Below are positions 1 through 8,325 of a stretch of 32,000 nucleotides of DNA, piece by piece. The position numbers and the translations under genes are program-made. The stretch's first letter is position 1, and each line of letters starts with the position of its first letter. The stretch lies in the NCBI RefSeq assembly GCF_019464535.1, contig NZ_CP080507.1, positions 1,020,001-1,052,000 on the forward strand, written 5' to 3'. Source of the DNA: Horticoccus luteus. GTDB lineage: Bacteria; Verrucomicrobiota; Verrucomicrobiia; Opitutales; Opitutaceae. The notes beneath the pieces are model-generated. The model worked only from the letters and a program-made list of their open reading frames with translations, was not told where the DNA came from and did no database searches.

Positions 1-189
1 CGCAACCCGAATCCGCGTATGCCCGACTTCCAAAAACTGCCGTTTACGCGGCAGGAGCAAAATCGCAAAAGCCATCCCGCCTCCGCAGGCGCGGAAGGTG
101 GCGCGCACGGCGAAGGCCACGGAGAAATGAAGAAGCAAGCAGACCACGCGATGCTCGATTCCGCCAAACGTTTAGGAGGCGTTAGCTAA
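1..189 (+). CDS. 3' end of upstream gene, probably ACIII subunit ActB (Fe-S/molybdopterin-like subunit), partial at the window edge
   Basis: Frame 1 is open from base 1 ([20 protein letters not shown]...[29 protein letters not shown]). Its TAA stop overlaps the actC ATG as TAATG at 187-191. The ActB assignment rests only on the canonical actABCDEF order. Confidence 0.45.
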   Translation, partial: RNPNPRMPDFQKLPFTRQEQNRKSHPASAGAEGGAHGEGHGEMKKQADHAMLDSAKRLGGVS

Positions 190-1676
190 TGGCTCACGTC
201 GAACAAACCGCCCCTCCGGCTATTCTGCGGGAGGTCAAGCCAGCCATTTTGCCGCGCGCAGAGTTGGTCGAGCATGGCCGCAGCTTCACTTGGATTACAG
301 AGAAGATCTGTGGGATCGTGGAAGGCCAAACCCCGACGTGGTGGTGGTGGTGCTTCGCGGTCGCTTGCTTTGTCGCTTCGTTTACCTTTGCGGGCATCAC
401 CTACCTTGTCGCCACCGGCGTCGGTGTGTGGGGCCATCGCAATCCCGTGAACTGGGGCTGGCCGATCGTGAACTTCGTTTTCTGGATCGGTATCGGTCAC
501 GCCGGCACTTTGATCTCCGCGATCTTGTGCCTGTTGCGCCAAAAGTGGCGGACGTCGATCAACCGTTCCGCGGAGGCGATGACGATCTTCGCCGTCGTCT
601 GCGCCGGCATTTTCCCGGTCTTTCACGTTGGTCGCGTTTGGTATGCATGGTTCTTGTTCCCGATCCCGAATTCCAACGCGATCTGGCAGAATTTCCGCTC
701 ACCGTTGGAATGGGACGTGTTCGCTGTTTCGACCTACGGAACGGTTTCGGTGCTCTTTTGGTATGTCGGTATGATTCCTGATCTGGCGGTCTTGCGTGAC
801 CGTTTTCAGGAAAAAGGGCGCCGCGTCCGCTCCTTCTGCTACGGCCTGTTCGCGATGGGGTGGCGTGGATCGAACCGCCATTGGAGCAACTACGAAATGG
901 CGTATTTAATCTTGGCCGGCATCGCGACGCCGCTCGTGCTTTCGGTGCACACGGTCGTTTCGTTCGACTTCGCAGTCGCGCTGATCCCAGGCTGGCATAC
1001 AACAATTTTCCCGCCGTATTTCGTGGCGGGCGCAATCTTCTCAGGCTTCGGCATGGTGCTGACCCTGATGCTGCCCTTGCGATCGATCTACCGCCTCGAA
1101 GATCTCATTACGCAGTATCACATCGACTGCATGTGCAAGATCACCCTCGCGACGGGCACGATGGTCGGATATGCCTACGCGATGGAGTTCTTCATCGCGT
1201 GGTATGGCGCGAATCCGTTTGAAGGCTTCACGTTTATCAACCGCGCGTTCGGCCCTTATGCTTGGGCGTATTGGATCATGATTTCCTGCAACGTCATCAC
1301 GCCGCAGTTCTTCTGGTTCAAGTCCGTCCGTCGCAATACGACGATGGTTTGGGTGCTGTCGTTGTTCGTGAACGTAGGCATGTGGTTTGAGCGTTTTGTC
1401 ATCATCTGCACGTCGCTCACCCGTGATTTTCTCCCGTCGAGCTGGGGTTATCTCAGCCCGACCGTGGTCGATATCTTCACATTCTTCGGCACCTTCGGGC
1501 TGTTTTCCGTCCTCTTCTTGCTCTTCATCCGCTTCCTGCCTCTGATGGCGATTGCCGAACTGAAGGTAGTAACGCCGCAGGCGGACGTGCATGGACCGCA
1601 CGGTACGCCGGAGCATGCCACGGGTTTTGGTGATCCGGTGGAAGTTGAACAAGGCGGTCCGAGCCCGAAACACTAA
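189..1676 (+). CDS. actC: Alternative complex III subunit ActC (NrfD/PsrC-like polytopic quinol-interacting membrane subunit)
   Basis: 495-aa polytopic protein with NrfD-family hallmarks ([49 protein letters not shown]). It is followed by the actD/E/F-type genes. Confidence 0.9.
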   Translation: MAHVEQTAPPAILREVKPAILPRAELVEHGRSFTWITEKICGIVEGQTPTWWWWCFAVACFVASFTFAGITYLVATGVGVWGHRNPVNWGWPIVNFVFWIGIGHAGTLISAILCLLRQKWRTSINRSAEAMTIFAVVCAGIFPVFHVGRVWYAWFLFPIPNSNAIWQNFRSPLEWDVFAVSTYGTVSVLFWYVGMIPDLAVLRDRFQEKGRRVRSFCYGLFAMGWRGSNRHWSNYEMAYLILAGIATPLVLSVHTVVSFDFAVALIPGWHTTIFPPYFVAGAIFSGFGMVLTLMLPLRSIYRLEDLITQYHIDCMCKITLATGTMVGYAYAMEFFIAWYGANPFEGFTFINRAFGPYAWAYWIMISCNVITPQFFWFKSVRRNTTMVWVLSLFVNVGMWFERFVIICTSLTRDFLPSSWGYLSPTVVDIFTFFGTFGLFSVLFLLFIRFLPLMAIAELKVVTPQADVHGPHGTPEHATGFGDPVEVEQGGPSPKH

Positions 1677-1682
1677 ACGACC

Positions 1683-2216
1683 ATGGCTGCACAAACTTAC
1701 GGCCTGATCGCCACTTTCGATAATACGCCCGCGCTTTATCACGCGGCGCAGCAAGTGCGCGATGCCGGCTACAAGAACTGGGACTGTATCACTCCGTTTC
1801 CCGTGCACGGGCTTGATCGTGCGATGGGCTTGCGTCGCTCGATCGTGCCCCGCATTTCCCTCGTCGGTGGCATTACCGGCTTTTGCACCGGCATGCTGCT
1901 CATCTGGTGGGCGAACGGTTTCGAATATAAACTCATCGTCGGCGGCAAACCGTACTTCAGTCCGATGTTTGCGTTTCCGATCAGCTATGAGCTGACGATT
2001 CTTTTTACCGCGTTCGCGACCATCATCGGTATGTTTGTGCTTAATGGTTTGCCGATGCACTACCACCCGGTACTGAAATACGATCAGATCAGGCGTGGCA
2101 TGGATGACACGTTTTTCATCGTCGTTGAAGCGCGGGATCCGCGTTTCAACCTGGCCAACACCAAAGCGCTTTTAGAAAAGGCCGGCGGTCGGGAAATCGT
2201 GGAACTGGAGGCCTGA
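1683..2216 (+). CDS. actD: ACIII subunit ActD (DUF3341-type membrane protein)
   Basis: 177 aa. N-terminal soluble part (YGLIATFDNTPALYHAAQQVRDAGY) plus two TM helices, typical of ActD. Starts 6 nt after the actC stop. Confidence 0.85.
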   Translation: MAAQTYGLIATFDNTPALYHAAQQVRDAGYKNWDCITPFPVHGLDRAMGLRRSIVPRISLVGGITGFCTGMLLIWWANGFEYKLIVGGKPYFSPMFAFPISYELTILFTAFATIIGMFVLNGLPMHYHPVLKYDQIRRGMDDTFFIVVEARDPRFNLANTKALLEKAGGREIVELEA

Positions 2217-2219
2217 CCC

Positions 2220-2855
2220 ATGCGCACCGTCTATCTCATTACTGCGCTCATCATTGTTCTCGGGCTCTCCATCCTCGGCTTCCGGGGGCGTGCGTTCACG
2301 AAGCCGCCCATGGATGTATTTCCGGAAATGGCATTCCCTGGCATGAAGTATCAGCCGAAATACAAGCCGCAGGGGCCGAGCAACTTCTTTGCCGACGGTC
2401 GGGCGGATCGGCCGCTGCCAGAAGGTGTAGTCTCGCGCGACATGCTCCGTAGCGATGACGCACTCTATCAAGGCAAGGACGCATCCGGAGCGTTCATCCA
2501 CGGATTCCCCGCGGCAGTTACGGTTGATCTTAAGCTGCTTCAACGCGGCAAAGAACGCTTTACGATCTATTGCTCTCCGTGCCACGGCGCACTCGGCAAT
2601 GGGCAGGGTATTACGAAGTCCTACGGGATGGGCGCTACGCCCACCTACCATGACGACCGTCTACGGCAAATGCCGGAAGGCGAGATCTTCAACACCATCA
2701 CGCACGGCAAGGGCAATATGCTCTCTTACGCGGACAAGCTTGTTCCTCAGGACAGGTGGGCGGTAATCGCCTACGTTCGCGCCCTGCAACGCGCCGAAAC
2801 GGGCACGCTCGCGGACGTTCCTGCGAATCATCGATCGGAGCTTGGCCTCAAATGA
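2220..2855 (+). CDS. actE: ACIII subunit ActE, membrane-anchored monoheme cytochrome c
   Basis: N-terminal TM helix, a single CSPCH heme c motif and a distal Met region (GKGNMLSYA). Starts 3 nt after the actD stop. Confidence 0.85.
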   Translation: MRTVYLITALIIVLGLSILGFRGRAFTKPPMDVFPEMAFPGMKYQPKYKPQGPSNFFADGRADRPLPEGVVSRDMLRSDDALYQGKDASGAFIHGFPAAVTVDLKLLQRGKERFTIYCSPCHGALGNGQGITKSYGMGATPTYHDDRLRQMPEGEIFNTITHGKGNMLSYADKLVPQDRWAVIAYVRALQRAETGTLADVPANHRSELGLK

Positions 2856-4123
2856 GCACTCACGCTGAATCTGCTCCCACCACCTTGGTTCCAGCCGCGT
2901 CGCCCGCGGCTGGCGCAACGAAAGCGTTGGGCATTGGCATAATTGGATTGGTGCTGACTGCACTCGGCCTCTTCGTCAGCGACCTTCGCAGCGTCGCCTT
3001 CTCGTACTTGGTCGGCATTTCCTATTGGACGGCCATCGCCATCGGCATGCTGATGATGATCATGATTCATCACGTTTTTGATGCATCTTGGTCCGTCGTC
3101 ATTCGCCGGCAGTGGGAGCACGGGATCGCCAGCTTCAAGTGGTTGCTGCTGCTTTTCCTGCCCTTGCTGATTGTTACCTTCTGGAAGCCGGGCTCCGTCT
3201 GGCCATGGACCGACCTTAGCCACGTCATCAGCAATGGTGAAACCGTGGGCCACGATCCGCTCTATTTGAAGAAATCGGCGTTTCTGAGTATCAAAGCACT
3301 GTTCGGCGCGACGGTCGTGTTTTACCTTCTCTGGTGGTGGCTCTCCGCCCGTTTGCGGAAAGCGTCGTTCACTCAAGATAGCGACGGCGATCCTCGCTGG
3401 ACCCTCATGAACCGAGTGACCTCCGCAGCCGGCATCCCGATTGGAGCTATCACCCTGACGGCGGCAGCCATTTACTGGATCAAGAGTCTCGAATACCACT
3501 GGTTTTCCACGATGTATGGCGTGTGGTTCTTCGCGAACTGCGTGCGCGGTGCCCTTTGCGTTGGCGTAGTGATCATGGTTTGGCTGCAACGTCGCGGCGA
3601 ATATCGAGGCGTGCTCAATACCAATCACTATCACAGCATCGGCCAGCTCATGTTGGCGTTCACGGTCTTCTGGGCCTACGTCACCTTCGCGCAATACTTC
3701 CTGATCTGGAATGCCAACGTGCCGGAAGAAACGTTTTGGTATAACATTCGCGAACTGAATCAAGACGGGCACACCAACCAATGGTGGTGGGTCGGTTTGG
3801 CGATTTTGTTCGGCCACTTCGTCATTCCGTTCCTCTTATTGCTGTCCTACCGCTACAAAGTCACGCCGGTCATTATTCGGCGCATCGCGTATGGCATCTT
3901 GGCGTCCATCCTTCTCGATCTTTGCTATAATGTCCTGCCGGCGCTGCGTGACAGCCACGATAATCCCCAGCCCTTTCTTTCGATTCGTCTGCTGTGGGTG
4001 GCAACTTCCGTAGTAGGCATTGGCGGCGTTTGCGTGTGGGCTTACCTGCGCAGCTTTGCGACGACCAAACTGATTCCTATCCGTGATCCTCGGATTGGCG
4101 AGAGCCTCACGCACCATGAGTAA
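2852..4123 (+). CDS. actF: ACIII subunit ActF (second NrfD-like polytopic membrane subunit)
   Basis: Polytopic membrane protein. Start placed at the ATG at 2852 (MSTHAESAP...), which overlaps the actE stop as ATGA. The longer track ORF from 2756 would run inside actE. Confidence 0.85.
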   Translation: MSTHAESAPTTLVPAASPAAGATKALGIGIIGLVLTALGLFVSDLRSVAFSYLVGISYWTAIAIGMLMMIMIHHVFDASWSVVIRRQWEHGIASFKWLLLLFLPLLIVTFWKPGSVWPWTDLSHVISNGETVGHDPLYLKKSAFLSIKALFGATVVFYLLWWWLSARLRKASFTQDSDGDPRWTLMNRVTSAAGIPIGAITLTAAAIYWIKSLEYHWFSTMYGVWFFANCVRGALCVGVVIMVWLQRRGEYRGVLNTNHYHSIGQLMLAFTVFWAYVTFAQYFLIWNANVPEETFWYNIRELNQDGHTNQWWWVGLAILFGHFVIPFLLLLSYRYKVTPVIIRRIAYGILASILLDLCYNVLPALRDSHDNPQPFLSIRLLWVATSVVGIGGVCVWAYLRSFATTKLIPIRDPRIGESLTHHE

Positions 4124-4436
4124 CCCTTCCGCAAAACCTGTTTCATTGTTTACCGTCATCGCCGTTTTGGTGTGCCTGGGGTTGTTCTTCGCGGTGGCGT
4201 GGTGGACCCGGAGTCCGGCGCTGGCGCCGAGGGAACTCGCGCCGGAAGGATTGGCGGCCGACCAGCAATGGAAGGCGACGCCTGAATCGCGCAAAGCGCA
4301 CCTTGTCACCCTGCGCGCCGAAGAAGCCAAGCATGCCACGACGTACGCGTGGATCGACCAAAGCGCCGGGACGGTGCAATTGCCCATTGACCGCGCCATG
4401 GAGCTGACCGTTGAACGTTACAGCGCCAAACACTGA
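4116..4436 (+). CDS. Small single-pass membrane protein of unknown function, embedded between actF and the ccoN-like gene
   Basis: Start at the ATG at 4116 (MSNPSAKPVSLFTVIAVLVCLGLFFAVAWW...), overlapping the actF stop by 8 nt. One TM helix plus a roughly 75-aa soluble tail (…AWIDQSAGTVQLPIDRAMELTVERY). I recognise no family. Confidence 0.6.
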   Translation: MSNPSAKPVSLFTVIAVLVCLGLFFAVAWWTRSPALAPRELAPEGLAADQQWKATPESRKAHLVTLRAEEAKHATTYAWIDQSAGTVQLPIDRAMELTVERYSAKH

Positions 4437-4455
4437 GCCTCGTTATCAATTTGAG

Positions 4456-5871
4456 ATGATCACAAACTCGCCAACCGCCGCCGAAGTCAGCGACATCGAC
4501 GTCACCGCGCGCCGGCCGTTGCTCTACTTGTTCGGTTCCGCGTTCCTTTGGCTCGTGCTAAGCGGGCTTTTCGCCGTGGTAAACTCGCTTCAGCTCACGA
4601 TGCCAGCGTTGTTGGCGCACTGCCCGGTGCTGACCTACGGGCGGCTGCACGCCGCGCACGAGAGCGCATTCATCTATGGGTGGGCGGCCAATGCCGGCAT
4701 GGCTATTTCGCTTTGGCTGCTGTCGCGTTTGGGTCTCACCATGATGCGAGGCGCCTCGTTCGTTTGTTTGGGTGGACTCTTTTGGAACATCGGAGTGCTG
4801 GTGGGCGTGGGCGGGATCTTGATCGGTGATGCAACGACGTTTTCGGGCCTGCAGATGCCTCTCTATGCCCACGCTGTGTTGCTCGTAGCATTCGGCTTCA
4901 TGGCAGTAGCTGGTGTACTGGCTTGGTCGGGCCGGAAGCATGAAACCGCGTTTGCTTCGCAATGGTATGCGTTGGCGGCGATTTTCCTTTTCCCGTGGAT
5001 CTTCTCGATTGCCCTGATCTCGCTCCTGCTCGCTCCAGGAGCAGGCACTTCGCAATCTGTCGTCAGTGCGTGGTTTGCGGAGAACCTCTATATGCTCTGG
5101 CTCGCCCCAATGGCGTTGGGTGCTCTCTATTACCTCCTCCCCAAGATCACTGCCAAAGCGATTCCGCATTACTCGTTCGCCGGACTGGGCTTTTGGACTT
5201 TGATCGTCGTTGGATCCTGGACCGGGCCGCGGGTATTGGTGAATGGTCCTGTGCCTGCGTGGATTCCCACGGTGGCCATCGCGCTGACTTTTGTAGCACT
5301 GATGCACTACTGGCTGGTGTGGCTTAATCTTCGCGGTCTGTTCGCAACTCGCGGGAGCATCGTGTTGAAGTTCGCGGCGCTTGGCTTCGCGGCTTATATC
5401 CTGACCGGCCTGGCCAATGCAGTTCTTTCCTTCCGAACGCTCGCGAACGTGGTTCAGTTTACCTATGTGACTGATGCGACCGGGGCACTGGCGCTCATTG
5501 GCTCGATTTCCCTGACATTTTTCGCCGCGATCTATTTTATTGTCCCGCGTCTTTGTGGCCGGGCCTGGCCTTCCGCAGGTTTGGTTCGCATTCACTTCGG
5601 CGCCTCAGTGCTCGGAGTCGTGGCGATTGTGGTTGGCTTGGCCGTGGCAGGGTGGGTGCAAGGGCGCGAGTTGAATTCGACCGCGGACTTCGCACATATC
5701 GCGGCCGTTACGAAGCCGTGGTTGCTGCTCGCCACCGCGGGCCAAGCACTGCTGCTTGTCGGCAATATTCTGGCGACGTTCCACTTTCTCCGGCTGATCG
5801 CTTGCCGGCGCAATGAAGTCACCTTGCCCGCGTTTCGGGCACCAGCGGCGATGGAGGTTTCCGTATCATGA
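4456..5871 (+). CDS. cbb3-type heme-copper oxidase subunit I (CcoN) homolog lacking most metal ligands
   Basis: About 470 aa, of 12-TM length, and collinear by eye with CcoN (GRLHAAHESAFIYGW; YYLLPK; GP..L; GALALIG). Start is the ATG at 4456 (MITNSP); the alternative ATG at 4411 would overlap the previous gene by 26 nt. The stop overlaps the ccoO-like start as ATGA. Confidence 0.85.
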   Translation: MITNSPTAAEVSDIDVTARRPLLYLFGSAFLWLVLSGLFAVVNSLQLTMPALLAHCPVLTYGRLHAAHESAFIYGWAANAGMAISLWLLSRLGLTMMRGASFVCLGGLFWNIGVLVGVGGILIGDATTFSGLQMPLYAHAVLLVAFGFMAVAGVLAWSGRKHETAFASQWYALAAIFLFPWIFSIALISLLLAPGAGTSQSVVSAWFAENLYMLWLAPMALGALYYLLPKITAKAIPHYSFAGLGFWTLIVVGSWTGPRVLVNGPVPAWIPTVAIALTFVALMHYWLVWLNLRGLFATRGSIVLKFAALGFAAYILTGLANAVLSFRTLANVVQFTYVTDATGALALIGSISLTFFAAIYFIVPRLCGRAWPSAGLVRIHFGASVLGVVAIVVGLAVAGWVQGRELNSTADFAHIAAVTKPWLLLATAGQALLLVGNILATFHFLRLIACRRNEVTLPAFRAPAAMEVSVS

Positions 5872-6506
5872 GAAACGGTGTCACTTTATTTTTCGGCTTG
5901 TTTATCGCCCTGGGGATTTCCTGGGCCGGTCTCGTCATCGGCACGCGTGCCCAATACGCGAGTCTGCGTCCCCACTACGACGATAACGAAAGCGCCAGCT
6001 TCCCTCAGAGGCAGGCAGGCGTGGCGGCGCAGGGGCAGATGGTTTACGAGGATCTTGGCTGTGTGTCATGCCATACACAGCAGGTGCGCCGCGCTGGCAT
6101 CGGGTCGGACAAGGCTCGTGGTTGGGGCGATCGGCAGTCAGTAGCCCGTGATTTTCTTTATGATTCACGGCCGCAACTCGGAAACGCACGGATCGGCCCG
6201 GACCTGTCGAACTATGCGGCGCGGGCCAAAGACAGCGGCATGACACCTGATCGGCTCTATGCTTACCTCTACAACGGGCACAATGGCATGCCGGCTTATC
6301 CATTTCTTTTTGAGAAACGCCCCATTATTGGCGAGCGGGATGCGCACGCCCTGAACGTAAAGTTGCCTGCCGGTTTCGAGATCGCACCGACCCGGCGCGC
6401 CGAGCAACTGGTGGCCTATTTGCTGAGCTTGAATCACACCTACGAATTTAGCGAAGCGCAACCCGTGGTGCATGGGACTGCCGAAGGGGAAGGTGAAACG
6501 AAATGA
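5868..6506 (+). CDS. ccoO: cbb3-type oxidase subunit II (CcoO) homolog, monoheme cytochrome c
   Basis: N-terminal TM helix, CVSCH heme motif, then GPDLS and NGMPAYPFL (Met ligand region). These are collinear with the CcoO motifs CxGCH...GPDL...KMPSYPWL. Confidence 0.85.
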   Translation: MRNGVTLFFGLFIALGISWAGLVIGTRAQYASLRPHYDDNESASFPQRQAGVAAQGQMVYEDLGCVSCHTQQVRRAGIGSDKARGWGDRQSVARDFLYDSRPQLGNARIGPDLSNYAARAKDSGMTPDRLYAYLYNGHNGMPAYPFLFEKRPIIGERDAHALNVKLPAGFEIAPTRRAEQLVAYLLSLNHTYEFSEAQPVVHGTAEGEGETK

Positions 6507-7171
6507 GCGCTCCAGAATCGCAAGATCCGCGCCTGCAGCAAGCCGGCGCCACCGACGAAAGCGTTTTGAACGCCCACGAACCGCGCTTGAAGTTCAAGCC
6601 CGACACGAAAGCGCATTATGCGCTGATGCCCTTGGCGATCGTGTTCGTGTTTAGCGCATTCATTTTCATTGCTGGCACCTATGTGCACGATTTTTCGGGC
6701 CATTTTGCGCCCAGCGTGTTCGACGAAACGGGGTTGCCGATTCAGCCCGGCAGCGGAGCGACCGCGAAAGTGGACCCGCTTGTTTTAGGTCGGCGCCAAT
6801 TTGATTCGGCCTGTGTTACCTGTCACCAAGCGACGGGGTTGGGCATTCCGGGAGTCTACCCGCCGCTGGCTGGGTCGGAATGGGTCGATGGTTCGGAGGA
6901 GCGTGTCATCAGCATCGTCTTGCACGGCCTCAAAGGCAAAGTGCATGTAAAGGGTGCCGAATTTGGCGCGGCCGTCATGCCGGCTTTCGGTCAAGTGCCG
7001 GGGTCCGGCTATAACTGGAGCGATGAGAAGATCGCGGCCGTTTTGACCTTTATTCGGCAGGAATGGGGCAACAAGGCCGGCCCGATCACGGCAGCCAAGG
7101 TCGCGGAACTTCGCACAAAGGAAGGCTCGCGTGGCGAGTGGAGCGAAGAGGAATTGTTGAAGCTCCCCTGA
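6503..7171 (+). CDS. Membrane-anchored class I monoheme cytochrome c (resembles one CcoP heme domain)
   Basis: TM helix (ALMPLAIVFVFSAFIFIAGTYV), CVTCH motif and a distal Met (AAVMPAFG). The ATGA overlaps the ccoO-like stop. Confidence 0.85.
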   Translation: MSAPESQDPRLQQAGATDESVLNAHEPRLKFKPDTKAHYALMPLAIVFVFSAFIFIAGTYVHDFSGHFAPSVFDETGLPIQPGSGATAKVDPLVLGRRQFDSACVTCHQATGLGIPGVYPPLAGSEWVDGSEERVISIVLHGLKGKVHVKGAEFGAAVMPAFGQVPGSGYNWSDEKIAAVLTFIRQEWGNKAGPITAAKVAELRTKEGSRGEWSEEELLKLP

Positions 7172-7199
7172 GGCCGTTGGAAATCCAAATTTCACTCAA

Positions 7200-7226
7200 G
7201 CCGCAGAGTAATCTGCGGCTTTTTTG
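7200..7226 (+). terminator. Rho-independent terminator closing the respiratory operon
   Basis: 7-bp stem gccgcag (7200-7206) / ctgcggc (7213-7219), 6-nt loop, then TTTTTT (7220-7225). Lies 29 nt after the cytochrome c stop. Confidence 0.75.
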
Positions 7227-7255
7227 TCGCCTGTTAGCGGCGTCGCCCGGCGCGC

Positions 7256-8254
7256 TTAATCCCCGAGTTTGCGTGAGGGCACGAGGTAGTTTTGCACGTA
7301 ATCGCGCACGGCTTCGGGCAACGCCGTCATGGGGCGGCGGTAGCCTGTATCCCGCAATTTAGCGACATCGGCGCGGGTGAAGTACTGGTACTTGCCGCGC
7401 AGGATCTCAGGCATGTCGATGAAGTCGATCTGCGGTTCGCGCCCAAGGGCTGCGAAGATAGCGCGAGTGAGCGTGAGCCATGTATTGGCCTCGCCCGAGC
7501 CGAGGTTGAACAGCCCGGCCGCCGTGGGCGCTTGGTCGGCAAAGTGCAGCGTCATGGCGACCGCATCTTTGACGTAGAGGAAGTCGCGCATCTGTTCGCC
7601 ATCCTTGAACTCCGGCTTGTGGCTCTTGAACAACTGCACCCGTCCCGTGGCGAGGATCTGTTGGTAGGCTTTGTTTACGAGGGAGCGCATGTCGCCCTTA
7701 TGATCCTCGTTCGGGCCAAACACATTGAAGTATTTTACGCCCACAATCTGTTTCAACCAACCGCTGTGCTGCGCGTGCACATCGAAAAGATGTTTCGAAT
7801 AGCCATACATGTTGAGCGGACGCAATCGGGAGAGATTGTCATCGCGATCATCCATGCCTTGGGCTCCGTCACCATACGTCGCGGCCGAGGAAGCGTAGAT
7901 GAAGCGGGCGTTTTGTGCGAGGGCCCACGCAGCGAGTTCCTTCGTGTAGGCGTAATTGTTGTCGATGAGGTAGGTGGCGTTGCGCTCGGTCGTGGCCGAG
8001 CAGGCGCCGAGATGAAATACAGCCGAAAACTTCCCGAATGCGTGGGCGCGATCTGCGATCTGACGGCGGAAGACATCGGCTTCCACGTAGTCGGCGAATC
8101 GCAACGGCGTGAGGTTTTTCCATTTCTCGTCGGCACCCAGAAAATCCGTTACGACGATATCGCCGACGCCTCGCTCGTTGAGCGCCCAAATCAAGGCGCT
8201 GCCAATGAAGCCCGCGCCTCCTGTAACTAAAATCCGACCCGTGAGAGTGCTCAT
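7256..8254 (-). CDS. hldD: ADP-L-glycero-D-manno-heptose 6-epimerase
   Basis: Rossmann N-terminus ILVTGGAGFIGS, then ASSAATYG, YGYSK, FNVFGPNE.HKG.M and RDF.YV.D, collinear with E. coli RfaD/HldD. Start set at M15 of the track ORF (MSTLTGRILVTGG). Confidence 0.9.
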   Translation of the reverse strand: MSTLTGRILVTGGAGFIGSALIWALNERGVGDIVVTDFLGADEKWKNLTPLRFADYVEADVFRRQIADRAHAFGKFSAVFHLGACSATTERNATYLIDNNYAYTKELAAWALAQNARFIYASSAATYGDGAQGMDDRDDNLSRLRPLNMYGYSKHLFDVHAQHSGWLKQIVGVKYFNVFGPNEDHKGDMRSLVNKAYQQILATGRVQLFKSHKPEFKDGEQMRDFLYVKDAVAMTLHFADQAPTAAGLFNLGSGEANTWLTLTRAIFAALGREPQIDFIDMPEILRGKYQYFTRADVAKLRDTGYRRPMTALPEAVRDYVQNYLVPSRKLGD

Positions 8255-8325
8255 GCTAGAACGCTCCATCAACGGTGATGCGCGCGGTCGACGCAAGAAC
8301 TCAGGGTCGTGAGCCGTCGCTTCGC

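Noticed and set aside
339-350. tggtggtggtgg tandem trinucleotide run.
   Set aside because: It is in frame and encodes the WWWW stretch of ActC (TPTWWWWCF). It is not a non-coding repeat.
1041-2066. 341-aa ORF on the - strand across actC/actD. Similar long antisense ORFs occur at 2828-3817, 4558-5595, 7292-8230, 13153-14148, 14190-14978, 27382-28065, 30565-31410 and 31246-31992.
   Set aside because: All lie antisense to genes with strong family signatures. They have Arg/Pro/Gly/Ala-rich low-complexity translations typical of GC-rich shadow frames, and they contain no recognisable motifs.
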